Shown here piece after piece: positions 45,160-60,230 of a stretch of 64,000 bases of DNA (position 1 is the stretch's first letter; each line of letters opens with the position of its first letter). The stretch lies in the NCBI GenBank assembly GCA_964016885.1, contig OZ024748.1:37014001-37078000 (forward strand). The letters run 5' to 3'. The notes under the pieces were generated by a model that saw only the letters and a program-made list of their open reading frames with translations, was not told the origin of the DNA and made no database searches. This stretch comes from Eledone cirrhosa. Lineage: Eukaryota. The position numbers and the translations under genes are program-made.

Positions 45160-48100
45160 TCCCACTGTCACTGCCTCTGTCTCTCCCACTCTCTCATACT
45201 AAACCAGGTCCCAACACAGAGGAACCAAACTCCCACTGTCACTGTCTCCGTCTCTCCCACTTTCTCATACTAAACCAGGTCCCAACACAGAGGAACCAAA
45301 CTCCCACTGTCACTGTCTCCGTCTCTCCCACTCTCTCATATTACACCAGGTCCTAACACAGAGGAACCAAACTCCCACTGTCACTGCCTCTGTCTCTCCC
45401 ACTCTCTCACATTACACCAGGTCCTAACACAGATGAACCAAACTCCCACTGTCACTGACTCTGTCTTTCCCGCTCTCTCATATTACACCAGTTCCTAACA
45501 CAGAGGAACCAAACTCCCACTGTAACTGCCTCTCTCTCTCCCACTCTCTCACATTACACCAGTTCCCAATATAGAGGAACCAAACTCCCACTGTCACTGC
45601 CTCTGTCTCTCCCACTCTCTCATATTTCACCAGGTCCCAACACAGAGGAACCAATCTCCCACTGTCACTGTCTCTCTCTCTCCCACTCTCTCATATTACA
45701 CCAGTTCCTAACACAGAGGAACCAAACCCCCACTGTCAATGCCTCTGTCCCTCCCACTCTCTCATATTACACCAGTTCCTAACACAGAGGAACCAAACTC
45801 CCATTGTCACTGCCTCTGTCTCTCCACTCTCTCATATTACACCAGGTCCTAACACAGAGCAACCAAACTCCCACTGTCACTGCCTCTGTCTCTCCCACTC
45901 TCTCATATTACACCAGGTCCTAACACAGAGGAACCAAACTCCCACTGTCACTGCCTCTGTCACTCCCACTCTCTCATATTACACCAGGTCCCAACACAGA
46001 GGAACCAAACTCCCACTGTCACTGCCTCTGTCTCTCGCACTCTCTCATATTACACCAGTCCCTAACACAGAGGAACCAAACTCCCACTGTCACTGCCTCT
46101 GTCTCTCCCACTCTCTCATATTTCACCAGGTCCCAACACAGAGGAACCAAACTCCCACTGTCACTGTCTCTGTCTTTCCCACTCACTCATATTACACCAG
46201 GTCCCAACACAGAGGAACCAAACTCCCACTGTAACTGCCTCTGTCTCTCCCACTCTCTCATATTACACCAGTTCCTAACACAGAGGAACCAAACTCCCAC
46301 TGTAACTGCCTCTCTCTCTCCCACTCTCTCACATTACACCAGTTCCCAACACAGAGGAACCAAATTCCCACTGTCACTGCCTCTGTCTCTCCCACTCTCT
46401 CATATTTCACCAGGTCCCAACACAGAGGAACCAAACTCCCACTGTCACTGCCTCTGTCTCTCCCACTCTCTCATATTTCACCAGGTCCCAACACAGAGGA
46501 ACCAAACTCCCACTGTCACTGCCTCTGTCTCTCCCACTCTCTCATATTTCACCAGGTCCCAACACAGAGGAACCAAACTCCCACTGTCGCTGCCTCTGTC
46601 TCTCCCACTCTCTCATATTACACCAGGTCCCAACACAGAGGAACCAAACTCCCACTGTCGCTGCCTCTGTCTCTCCCACTCTCTCATATTACACCAGGTC
46701 CCAACACAGAGGAACCAAATTCCCACTGTCACTGCCTCTGTCTCTCCCACTCTCTCATATTTCACCAGGTCCCAACACAGAGGAACCAAACTCCCACTGT
46801 CACTGCCTCTGTCTCTCCCACTCTCTCACATTACACCAGGTCCCAACACAGAGGAACCAAACTCCCACTGTCACTGCCTCTGTCTCTCCCACTCTCTCAT
46901 ATTTCACCAGGTCCCAACACAGAGGAACCAAACTCCCACTGTCACTGCCTCTGTCTCTCCCACTCTCTCATATTTCACCAGGTCCCAACACAGAGGAACC
47001 AAACTCCCACTGTCACTGCCTCTGTCTCTCCCACTCTCTCATATTTCACCAGGTCCCAACACAGAGGAACCAATCTCCCACTGTCACTGTCTCTCTCTCT
47101 CCCACTCTCTCATATTACACCAGTTCCTAACACAGAGGAACCAAACCCCCACTGTCACTGCCTCTGTCTCTCCCACTCTCTCATATTTCACCAGGTCCCA
47201 ACACAGAGGAACCAATCTCCCACTGTCACTGTCTCTCTCTCTCCCACTCTCTCATATTACACCAGTTCCTAACACAGAGGAACCAAACCCCCACTGTCAC
47301 TGCCTCTGTCTCTCCCACTCTCTCATATTTCACCAGGTCCCAACACAGAGGAACCAATCTCCCACTGTCACTGTCTCTCTCTCTCCCACTCTCTCATATT
47401 ACACCAGTTCCTAACACAGAGGAACCAAACCCCCACTGTCACTGCCTCTGTCTCTCCCACTCTCTCATATTTCACCAGGTCCCAACACAGAGGAACCAAA
47501 CTCCCACTGTCACTGCCTCTGTCTCTCCCACTCTCTCATATTTCACCAGGTCCCAACACAGAGGAACCAATCTCCCACTGTCACTGCCTCTCTCTCTCCC
47601 ACTCTCTCATATTACACCAGTTCCTAACACAGAGGAACCAAACCCCCACTGTCACTGCCTCTGTCTCTCCCACTCTCTTATATTTCACCAGGTCCCAACA
47701 CAGAGGAACCAATCTCCCACTGTCACTGTCTCTCTCTCTCCCACTCTCTCATATTACACCAGTTCCTAACACAGAGGAACCAAACCCCCACTGTCACTGC
47801 CTCTGTCTCTCCCACTCTCTCATATTTCACCAGGTCCCAACACAGAGGAACCAATCTCCCACTGTCACTGTCTCTCTCTCTCCCACTCTCTCATATTACA
47901 CCAGTTCCTAACACAGAGGAACCAAACCCCCACTGTCACTGCCTCTGTCTCTCCCACTCTCTCATATTTCACCAGGTCCCAACACAGAGGAACCAATCTC
48001 CCACTGTCACTGTCTCTCTCTCTCCCACTCTCTCATATTACACCAGTTCCTAACACAGAGGAACCAAACCCCCACTGTCACTGCCTCTGTCTCTCCCACT

Positions 48101-51100
48101 CTCTCATATTTCACCAGGTCCCAACACAGAGGAACCAATCTCCCACTGTCACTGTCTCTCTCTCTCCCACTCTCTCATATTACACCAGTTCCTAACACAG
48201 AGGAACCAAACCCCCACTGTCACTGCCTCTGTCTCTCCCACTCTCTCATATTTCACCAGGTCCCAACACAGAGGAACCAAACTCCCACTGTCACTGCCTC
48301 TGTCTCTCCCACTCTCTCATATTTCACCAGGTCCCAACACAGAGGAACCAATCTCCCACTGTCACTGCCTCTCTCTCTCCCACTCTCTCATATTACACCA
48401 GTTCCTAACACAGAGGAACCAAACCCCCACTGTCACTGCCTCTGTCTCTCCCACTCTCTTATATTTCACCAGGTCCCAACACAGAGGAACCAATCTCCCA
48501 CTGTCACTGTCTCTCTCTCTCCCACTCTTTCATATTACACCAGTTCCTAACACAGAGGAACCAAACCCCCACTGTCACTGCCTCTGTCTCTCCCACTCTC
48601 TCATATTACACCAGGTCCCAACACAGAGGAACCAATCTCCCACTGTCACTGTCTCTCTCTCTCCCACTCTTTCATATTACACCAGTTCCTAACACAGAGG
48701 AACCAAACTCCCACTGTCAATGCCTCTGTCTCTCCCACTCTCTCATATTACACCAGTTCCTAACACAGAGGAACCAAACTCCCACTGTCACTGCCTCTGT
48801 CTCTCCCACTCTCTCATATTACACCAGGTCCTAACACAGAGGAACCAAACCCCCACTGTCACTGCCTCTGTCTCTCCCACTCTCTCATATTACACCAGGT
48901 CCCAACACAGAGGAACCAATCTCCCACTGTCACTGCCTCTGTCTCTCCCACTCTCTCATACTAAACCAGGTCCCAACACAGAGGAACCAAACTCCCACTG
49001 TCACTGTCTCCGTCTCTCCCACTTTCTCATACTAAACCAGGTCCCAACACAGAGGAACCAAACTCCCACTGTCACTGTCTCCGTCTCTCCCACTCTCTCA
49101 TATTACACCAGGTCCTAACACAGAGGAACCAAACTCCCACTGTCACTGCCTCTGTCTCTCCCACTCTCTCACATTACACCAGGTCCTAACACAGATGAAC
49201 CAAACTCCCACTGTCACTGACTCTGTCTTTCCCGCTCTCTCATATTACACCAGTTCCTAACACAGAGGAACCAAACTCCCACTGTAACTGCCTCTCTCTC
49301 TCCCACTCTCTCACATTACACCAGTTCCCAATATAGAGGAACCAAACTCCCACTGTCACTGCCTCTGTCTCTCCCACTCTCTCATATTTCACCAGGTCCC
49401 AACACAGAGGAACCAATCTCCCACTGTCACTGTCTCTCTCTCTCCCACTCTCTCATATTACACCAGTTCCTAACACAGAGGAACCAAACCCCCACTGTCA
49501 ATGCCTCTGTCCCTCCCACTCTCTCATATTACACCAGTTCCTAACACAGAGGAACCAAACTCCCATTGTCACTGCCTCTGTCTCTCCACTCTCTCATATT
49601 ACACCAGGTCCTAACACAGAGCAACCAAACTCCCACTGTCACTGCCTCTGTCTCTCCCACTCTCTCATATTACACCAGGTCCTAACACAGAGGAACCAAA
49701 CTCCCACTGTCACTGCCTCTGTCACTCCCACTCTCTCATATTACACCAGGTCCCAACACAGAGGAACCAAACTCCCACTGTCACTGCCTCTGTCTCTCGC
49801 ACTCTCTCATATTACACCAGTCCCTAACACAGAGGAACCAAACTCCCACTGTCACTGCCTCTGTCTCTCCCACTCTCTCATATTTCACCAGGTCCCAACA
49901 CAGAGGAACCAAACTCCCACTGTCACTGTCTCTGTCTTTCCCACTCACTCATATTACACCAGGTCCCAACACAGAGGAACCAAACTCCCACTGTAACTGC
50001 CTCTGTCTCTCCCACTCTCTCATATTACACCAGTTCCTAACACAGAGGAACCAAACTCCCACTGTAACTGCCTCTCTCTCTCCCACTCTCTCACATTACA
50101 CCAGTTCCCAACACAGAGGAACCAAATTCCCACTGTCACTGCCTCTGTCTCTCCCACTCTCTCATATTTCACCAGGTCCCAACACAGAGGAACCAAACTC
50201 CCACTGTCACTGCCTCTGTCTCTCCCACTCTCTCATATTTCACCAGGTCCCAACACAGAGGAACCAAACTCCCACTGTCACTGCCTCTGTCTCTCCCACT
50301 CTCTCATATTTCACCAGGTCCCAACACAGAGGAACCAAACTCCCACTGTCGCTGCCTCTGTCTCTCCCACTCTCTCATATTACACCAGGTCCCAACACAG
50401 AGGAACCAAACTCCCACTGTCGCTGCCTCTGTCTCTCCCACTCTCTCATATTACACCAGGTCCCAACACAGAGGAACCAAATTCCCACTGTCACTGCCTC
50501 TGTCTCTCCCACTCTCTCATATTTCACCAGGTCCCAACACAGAGGAACCAAACTCCCACTGTCACTGCCTCTGTCTCTCCCACTCTCTCACATTACACCA
50601 GGTCCCAACACAGAGGAACCAAACTCCCACTGTCACTGCCTCTGTCTCTCCCACTCTCTCATATTTCACCAGGTCCCAACACAGAGGAACCAAACTCCCA
50701 CTGTCACTGCCTCTGTCTCTCCCACTCTCTCATATTTCACCAGGTCCCAACACAGAGGAACCAAACTCCCACTGTCACTGCCTCTGTCTCTCCCACTCTC
50801 TCATATTTCACCAGGTCCCAACACAGAGGAACCAATCTCCCACTGTCACTGTCTCTCTCTCTCCCACTCTCTCATATTACACCAGTTCCTAACACAGAGG
50901 AACCAAACCCCCACTGTCACTGCCTCTGTCTCTCCCACTCTCTCATATTTCACCAGGTCCCAACACAGAGGAACCAATCTCCCACTGTCACTGTCTCTCT
51001 CTCTCCCACTCTCTCATATTACACCAGTTCCTAACACAGAGGAACCAAACCCCCACTGTCACTGCCTCTGTCTCTCCCACTCTCTCATATTTCACCAGGT

Positions 51101-52630
51101 CCCAACACAGAGGAACCAATCTCCCACTGTCACTGTCTCTCTCTCTCCCACTCTCTCATATTACACCAGTTCCTAACACAGAGGAACCAAACCCCCACTG
51201 TCACTGCCTCTGTCTCTCCCACTCTCTCATATTTCACCAGGTCCCAACACAGAGGAACCAAACTCCCACTGTCACTGCCTCTGTCTCTCCCACTCTCTCA
51301 TATTTCACCAGGTCCCAACACAGAGGAACCAATCTCCCACTGTCACTGCCTCTCTCTCTCCCACTCTCTCATATTACACCAGTTCCTAACACAGAGGAAC
51401 CAAACCCCCACTGTCACTGCCTCTGTCTCTCCCACTCTCTTATATTTCACCAGGTCCCAACACAGAGGAACCAATCTCCCACTGTCACTGTCTCTCTCTC
51501 TCCCACTCTCTCATATTACACCAGTTCCTAACACAGAGGAACCAAACCCCCACTGTCACTGCCTCTGTCTCTCCCACTCTCTCATATTTCACCAGGTCCC
51601 AACACAGAGGAACCAATCTCCCACTGTCACTGTCTCTCTCTCTCCCACTCTCTCATATTACACCAGTTCCTAACACAGAGGAACCAAACCCCCACTGTCA
51701 CTGCCTCTGTCTCTCCCACTCTCTCATATTTCACCAGGTCCCAACACAGAGGAACCAATCTCCCACTGTCACTGTCTCTCTCTCTCCCACTCTCTCATAT
51801 TACACCAGTTCCTAACACAGAGGAACCAAACCCCCACTGTCACTGCCTCTGTCTCTCCCACTCTCTCATATTTCACCAGGTCCCAACACAGAGGAACCAA
51901 TCTCCCACTGTCACTGTCTCTCTCTCTCCCACTCTCTCATATTACACCAGTTCCTAACACAGAGGAACCAAACCCCCACTGTCACTGCCTCTGTCTCTCC
52001 CACTCTCTCATATTTCACCAGGTCCCAACACAGAGGAACCAAACTCCCACTGTCACTGCCTCTGTCTCTCCCACTCTCTCATATTTCACCAGGTCCCAAC
52101 ACAGAGGAACCAATCTCCCACTGTCACTGCCTCTCTCTCTCCCACTCTCTCATATTACACCAGTTCCTAACACAGAGGAACCAAACCCCCACTGTCACTG
52201 CCTCTGTCTCTCCCACTCTCTTATATTTCACCAGGTCCCAACACAGAGGAACCAATCTCCCACTGTCACTGTCTCTCTCTCTCCCACTCTTTCATATTAC
52301 ACCAGTTCCTAACACAGAGGAATCAAACCCCCACTGTCACTGCCTCTGTCTCTCCCACTCTCTCATATTACACCAGGTCCCAACACAGAGGAACCAATCT
52401 CCCACTGTCACTGTCTCTCTCTCTCCCACTCTTTCATATTACACCAGTTCCTAACACAGAGGAACCAAACTCCCACTGTCAATGCCTCTGTCTCTCCCAC
52501 TCTCTCATATTACACCAGTTCCTAACACAGAGGAACCAAACTCCCACTGTCACTGCCTCTGTCTCTCCCACTCTCTCATATTACACCAGGTCCTAACACA
52601 GAGGAACCAAACCCCCACTGTCACTGCCTC
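45160..52630. repeat. Near-identical tandem duplication of a 3762-bp (53-monomer) block
   Basis: Diagnostic variants AATATAGAGG (45568/49330) and AATGCCTCTGTCCCTCCC (45738/49500), and ORF starts 48720/52482, are all exactly 3762 bp apart. Confidence 0.93.
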
Positions 52631-55600
52631 TCTCTCTCCCACTCTCTCATATTACACCAGGTCCTAACACAGAGGAACCAAACCCCCACTGTCACTGCCT
52701 CCGTCTCTCCCACACTCTCATACTAAACCAGGTCCCAACACAGAGGAACCAAACTCCCACTGTCACTGCCTCTGTCTCTCCCACTCTCTCATATTACACC
52801 AGGTCCCAACACAGAGGAACCAAACTCCCACTGTCACTGCCTCTGTCTCTCCCACTCTCTCATATTACACCAGGTCCCAACACAGAGGAACCAAACTCCC
52901 ACTGTCACTGTCTCCGTCTCTCCCACTTTCTCATACTAAACCAGGTCCCAACACAGAGGAACCAAACTCCCCCTGTCACTGCCTCTGTCTCTCGCACTCT
53001 CTCATATTACACCAGTCCCTAACACAGAGGAACCAAACTCCCACTGTCACTGCCTCTGTCTCTCCCACTCTCTCATATTTCAACAGGTCCCAACACAGAG
53101 GAACCAAACTCCCACTGTCACTGTCTCCTGTCTTTCCCACTCACTCATATTACACCAGGTCCCAACACAGAGGAACCAAACTCCCACTGTCACTGTCTCC
53201 GTCTCTCCCACTTTCTCATACTAAACCAGGTCCCAACACAGAGGAACCAAACTCCCACTGTCACTGCCTCTGTCTCTCGCACTCTCTCATATTACACCAG
53301 TCCCTAACACAGAGGAACCAAACTCCCACTGACACTGCCTCTGTCTCTCCCACTCTCTCATATTACACCAGGTCCCAACACAGAGGAACCAAACTCCCAC
53401 TGTCACTGTCTCTGTCTCTCCCACTCTCTCATATTACACCAGGTCCCAACACAGAGGTACCAAACTCCCACTGTCACTGCCTCTGTCTCTCCCACTCTCT
53501 CATATTACACCAGGTCCGAACTCAGAGGAACCAAACTCCCACTGTCACTGTCTCTGTCTCTCCCACTCTCTCACATTACACCAGGTCCTAACACAAATGA
53601 ACCAAACTCCCACTGTCACTGCCTCTGTCTCTCCCACTCTCTCATAATACACCACGTCCTAACACAGAGGAACCAAACTCCCACTGTCACTGCCTCTGTC
53701 TCTCCCACTCTCTCATATTACACCAGGTCCTAACACAGAGGAACCAAACCCCCACTGTCACTGCCTCTCTCTCTCCCAGTCTCTCATATTACACCAGGTC
53801 CTAACACAGAGGAACCAAACCCCCACTGTCACTGCCTCTCTCTCTCCCACTCTCTCATATTACACCAGGTCCTAACACAGAGGAACCAAACTCCCACTGT
53901 CACTGCCTCCGTCTCTCCCACTCTCTCATACTAAACCAGGTCCAACACAGAGGAACCAAACTCCCACTGTCACTGCCTCTGTCTCTCCCACTTTGTCATA
54001 TACACCAGGTCCGAATACAGAGGAACCAAACTCCCACTGTCACTGCCTCTGTCTCTCCCACTCTCTCATATTACACCAGGTCCCAACACGGAGGAACCAA
54101 ACTCCCACTCTCACTGCCTCTGTCTCTCCCACTCTCTCATATTACACCAGGTCCCAACACAGAGGAACCAAACTCCCACTGTCACTTCCTCTGACTCTCC
54201 CACTCTCTCATATTACACCAGGTCCCAACACAGAGGAACCAAACTCCCGCTGTCACTGCCTCTGTCTCTCCCACTCTCTCATATTACACCAGGTCCTAAC
54301 ACAGAGGAACCAAACTCCCACTGTCACTGCCTCTGTCTCTCCCACTCTCTCATATTACACCAGGTCCCAACACGGAGGAACCAAACTCCCACTCTCACTG
54401 CCTCTGTCTCTCCCACTCTCTCATATTACACCAGGTCCCAACACAGAGGAACCAAACTCCCACTGTCACTGCCTCTGACTCTCCCACTCTCTCATATTAC
54501 ACCAGGTCCCAACACAGAGGAACCAAACTCCCGCTGTCACTGCCTCTGTCTCTCCCACTCTCTCATATTACACCAGGTCCCAACACAGAGGAACCAAACT
54601 CCCGCTGTCACTTCCTCTGACTCTCCCACTCTCTCATATTACACCAGGTCCCAACACAGAGGAACCAAACTCCCGCTGTCACTGCCTCTGTCTCTCCCAC
54701 TCTCTCATATTACACCAGGTCCCAACACAGAGGAACCAAACTCCCGCTGTCACTGCCTCTGTCTCTCCCACTCTCTCATATTACACCAGGTCCCAACACA
54801 GAGGAACCAAACTCCCGCTGTCACTGCCTCTGTCTCTCCCACTCTCTCATATTACACCAGGTCCCAACACAGAGGAACCAAACTCCCACTGTCACTTCCT
54901 CTGACTCTCCCACTCTCTCATATTACACCAGGTCCCAACACAGAGGAACCAAACTCCCACTGTCACTGCCTCTGTCTCTCCCACTCTCTCATATTACACC
55001 AGGTCCTAACACAGAGGAACCAAACCCCCACTGTCACTGCCTCTCTCTCTCCCACTCTCTCATATTACACCAGGTCCTAACACAGAGGAACCAAACCCCC
55101 ACTGTCACTGCCTCTCTCTCTCCCACTCTCTCATATTACACCAGGTCCTAACACAGAGGAACCAAACCCCCACTGTCACTGCCTCTCTCTCTCCCACTCT
55201 CTCATATTACACCAGGTCCTAACACAGAGGAACCAAACCCCCACTGTCACTGCCTCTCTCTCTCCCACTCTCTCATATTACACCAGGTCCTAACACAGAG
55301 GAACCAAACCCCCACTGTCACTGCCTCTCTCTCTCCCACTCTCTCATACTAAACCAGGTCCAACACAGAGGAACCAAACTCCCACTGTCACTGCCTCTGT
55401 CTCACCCACTCTCTCATATTACACCAGGTCCGAACACAGAGGAACCAAACTCCCACTGTCACTGCCTCTGTCTCTCCCACTCTCTCATATTACACCAGGT
55501 CCCAACACAGAGGAACCAAACTCCCACTGTCACTGTCTCCGTCTCTCCCACTTTCTCATACTAAACCAGGTCCCAACACAGAGGAACCAAACTCCCACTG

Positions 55601-58249
55601 TCACTGTCTCCGTCTCTCCCACTCTCTCATATTACACCAGGTCCTAACACAGAGGAACCAAACTCCCACTGTCACTGCCTCTGTCTCTCCCACTCTCTCA
55701 CATTACACCAGGTCCCAACACAGAGGAACCAAACTCCCACTGTCACTGCCTCTGTCTCTCCCACTCTCTCACATTACACCAGGTCCTAACACAGATGAAC
55801 CAAACTCCCACTGTCACTGACTCTGTCTTTCCCGCTCTCTCATATTACACCAGTTCCTAACACAGAGGAACCAAACTCCCACTGTAACTGCCTCTCTCTC
55901 TCCCACTCTCTCACATTACACCAGTTCCCAACATAGAGGAACCAAACTCCCACTGTCACTGCCTCTGTCTCTCCCACTCTCTCATATTTCACCAGGTCCC
56001 AACACAGAGGAACCAATCTCCCACTGTCACTGTCTCTCTCTCTCCCACTCTCTCATATTACACCAGTTCCTAACACAGAGGAACCAAACCCCCACTGTCA
56101 ATGCCTCTGTCCCTCCCACTCTCTCATATTACACCAGTTCCTAACACAGAGGAACCAAACTCCCATTGTCACTGCCTCTGTCTCTCCACTCTCTCATATT
56201 ACACCAGGTCCTAACACAGAGCAACCAAACTCCCACTGTCACTGCCTCTGTCTCTCCCACTCTCTCATATTACACCAGGTCCTAACACAGAGGAACCAAA
56301 CTCCCACTGTCACTGCCTCTGTCACTCCCACTCTCTCATATTACACTAGGTCCCAACACAGAGGAACCAAACTCCCACTGTCACTGCCTCTGTCTCTCGC
56401 ACTCTCTCATATTACACCAGTCCCTAACACAGAGGAACCAAACTCCCACTGTCACTGCCTCTGTCTCTCCCACTCTCTCATATTTCACCAGGTCCCAACA
56501 CAGAGGAACCAAACTCCCACTGTCACTGTCTCTGTCTTTCCCACTCACTCATATTACACCAGGTCCCAACACAGAGGAACCAAACTCCCACTGTAACTGC
56601 CTCTGTCTCTCCCACTCTCTCATATTACACCAGTTCCTAACACAGAGGAACCAAACTCCCACTGTAACTGCCTCTCTCTCTCCCACTCTCTCACATTACA
56701 CCAGTTCCCAACACAGAGGAACCAAATTCCCACTGTCACTGCCTCTGTCTCTCCCACTCTCTCATATTTCACCAGGTCCCAACACAGAGGAACCAAACTC
56801 CCACTGTCACTGCCTCTGTCTCTCCCACTCTCTCATATTTCACCAGGTCCCAACACAGAGGAACCAAACTCCCACTGTCACTGCCTCTGTCTCTCCCACT
56901 CTCTCATATTTCACCAGGTCCCAACACAGAGGAACCAAACTGCCACTGTCGCTGCCTCTGTCTCTCCCACTCTCTCATATTACACCAGGTCCCAACACAG
57001 AGGAACCAAACTCCCACTGTCGCTGCCTCTGTCTCTCCCACTCTCTCATATTACACCAGGTCCCAACACAGAGGGACCAAACTCCCACTGTCACTGCCTC
57101 TCTCTCTCCCACTCTCTCATATTTCACCAGGTCCCAACACAGAGGAACCAAACTCCCACTGTCACTGCCTCTGTCTCTCCCACTCTCTCACATTACACCA
57201 GGTCCCAACACAGAGGAACCAAACTCCCACTGTCACTGCCTCTGTCTCTGCCACTCTCTCATATTTCACCAGGTCCCAACACAGAGGAACCAAACTCCCA
57301 CTGTCGCTGCCTCTGTCTCTCCCACTCTCTCATATTACACCAGGTCCCAACACAGAGGAACCAAACTCCCACTGTCACTGCCTCTGTCTCTCCCACTCTC
57401 TCATATTACACCAGGTCCCAACACAGAGGGACCAAACTCCCACTGTCACTGTCTCTGTCTCTCCCACTCTCTCATATTACACCAGGTCCCAACACAGAGG
57501 AATCAAACTCCCACTGTCACTGCCTCTGTCTCTCCCACTCTCTCATATTACACCAGGTCCCAACACAGAGGAACCAAACTCCCACTGTCACTGCCTCTGT
57601 CTCTCCCACTCTCTCATATTACACCAGGTCCCAACACAGAGGAACCAAACTCCCACTGTCACTGCCTCTGTCTCTCCCACTCTCTCATATTACACCAGGT
57701 CCCAAGACAGAGGAACCAAACTCCCACTGTCACTGCCTCTGTCTCTCCCACTCTCTCATATTACACCAGGTCCTAACACAGAGGAACCAAACTCCCACTG
57801 TCACTGTCTCTGTCTCTCCCACTCTCTCATATTACACCAGGTCCCAAGACAGAGGAACCAAACACCCACTGTCACTGCCTCTGTCTCTCCCACTCTCTCA
57901 TATTACACCAGTTCCTAACACAGAGGAACCAAACTCCCACTGTCACTGCCTCTGTCTCTCCTACTTTCTCATATTACACCAGGTCTTAACACAGAGGAAA
58001 CAAACTCCCACTGTCACTGTCTCTGTCTCTTCCACTCTCTCATATTACACCAGGTCTTAACACAGAGGAAACAAACTCCCACTGTCACTGTCTCTGTCTC
58101 TCCCACTCTCTCATATTACACCAGTTACCAACACAGAGGAACCAAACTCTCACTGTCACTGCCTCTGTCTCTCCCACTCTCTCATATTACACCAGGTTCC
58201 AACACAGAGGGACCAAACTCCCACTGTCACTGTCTCTGTCTCTCCCACT

Positions 58250-60230
58250 CTCTCATATTACACCAGGTCTTAACACAGAGGAAACAAACTCCCACTGTCA
58301 CTGTCTCTGTCTCTCCCACTCTCTCATATTACACCAGTTACCAACACAGAGGAACCAAACTCTCACTGTCACTGCCTCTGTCTCTCCCACTCTCTCATAT
58401 TACACCAGGTTCCAACACAGAGGGACCAAACTCCCACTGTCACTGCCTCTCTCTCTCCCACTCTCTCATATTACACCAGTTCCTAACACAGAGGAACAAA
58501 CTCCCACTGTCACTGCCTCTGTCTCTCCCACTCTCTCATATTACATCAGTTGCTAACACAGAGGAACCTAACCCCCAATGTCAATGCCTCTGTCTCTCCC
58601 ACTCTCTCATATTACACCAGTTCCTAACACAGAGGAACCAAACTGCCACTGTCACTGTCTCTGTCTCTCCACTCTCTCATATTACACCAGGTCCTAACAC
58701 AGAGCAACGAAACTCCCATTGTCACTGCCTCTGTCTCTCCCATCTCTCATATTACACCAGGTCCGAACACAGAGGAACCAAACTCCCACTGTCACTGCCT
58801 CTGTCTCTCCCACTCTCTCATATTACACCAGTCCCTAACACAGAGGAACCAAACTCCCACTGTCACTGCCTCTGTCTCTCCCACTCTCTCACATTACACC
58901 AGTTCCCAACACAGAGGAACCAAACTCCTACTGTCACTGCCTCTGTCTCTCCCACTCTCTCACATTACACCAGTCCCTAACACAGAGGAACCAAACTCCC
59001 ACCGTCACTGCCTCTGTCTCTCCCACTCTCTCATATTACACCAGGTCCCAACACAGAGGAACCAAACTCCTACTGTCACTGCCTCTGTCTCTCCCACTCT
59101 CTCATATTACACCAGGTCCCAAGACAGAGGAACCAAACACCCACTGTCACTGCCTCTGTCTCTCCCACTCTCTCATATTACACCAGTCCCTAACACAGAG
59201 GAACCAAACTCCCACTGTCACTGTCTCTGTCTCTCCCACTCTCTCATATTACACCAGGTCTTAACACAGAGGAAACAAACTCCCACTGTCACTGTCTCTG
59301 TCTCTCCCACTCTCTCATATTACACCAGTTACCAACACAGAGGAACCAAACTCTCACTGTCACTGCCTCTGTCTCTCCCACTCTCTCATATTACACCAGG
59401 TCCCAACACAGAGGAACCAAACTCCCACTGTCACTGCCTCTGACTCTCTCACTCTCTCATATTACACGCGGTCCCAACACAGAGGAACCAAACTCCCACT
59501 GTCACTGCCTCCGTCTCTCCCACTCTCTCATATTACACCAGGTTCCAACACAGAGGGACCAAACTCCCACTGTCACTGCCTCTCTCTCTCCCACTCTCTC
59601 ATATTACACCAGTTCCTAACACAGAGGAACAAACTCCCACTGTCACTGCCTCTGTCTCTCCCACTCTCTCATATTACATCAGTTGCTAACACAGAGGAAC
59701 CTAACCCCCAATGTCAATGCCTCTGTCTCTCCCACTCTCTCATATTACACCAGTTCCTAACACAGAGGAACCAAACTGCCACTGTCACTGTCTCTGTCTC
59801 TCCACTCTCTCATATTACACCAGGTCCTAACACAGAGCAACGAAACTCCCACTGTCACTGCCTCTGTCTCTCCCACTCTCTCATATTACACCAGGTCCGA
59901 ACACAGAGGAACCAAACTCCCACTGTCACTGCCTCTGTCTCTCCCACTCTCTCATATTACACCAGTCCCTAACACAGAGGAACCAAACTCCCACTGTCAC
60001 TGCCTCTGTCTCTCCCACTCTCTCACATTACACCAGTTCCCAACACAGAGGAACCAAACTCCTACTGTCACTGCCTCTGTCTCTCCCACTCTCTCACATT
60101 ACACCAGTCCCTAACACAGAGGAACCAAACTCCCACCGTCACTGCCTCTGTCTCTCCCACTCTCTCATATTACACCAGGTCCCAACACAGAGGAACCAAA
60201 CTCCTACTGTCACTGCCTCTGTCTCTCCCA
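58250..60230. repeat. 1133-bp (16-monomer) higher-order duplication near the array edge
   Basis: GAGGAACAAACT occurs at 58491/59624 and CATCAGTTGCTAAC at 58544/59677. Confidence 0.88.

Noticed and set aside
322-54478. Dozens of ORFs with repeating LPLSLPLSHITPGPNTEEPNSHCHCLCLSH.. peptides
   Set aside because: The C-variant monomer has no stop in any + frame and 71 is not a multiple of 3, so ORFs arise automatically and cycle through frames. Common CCTAAC (TAA) variants and 70/72-bp indels break them at random, showing no coding constraint.
31171-60115. Scattered CCCTAA hexamers (CAGTCCCTAAC variants) as telomeric repeats
   Set aside because: These are single hexamers created by one substitution in the monomer and are never tandem. 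They do not show a telomeric position.
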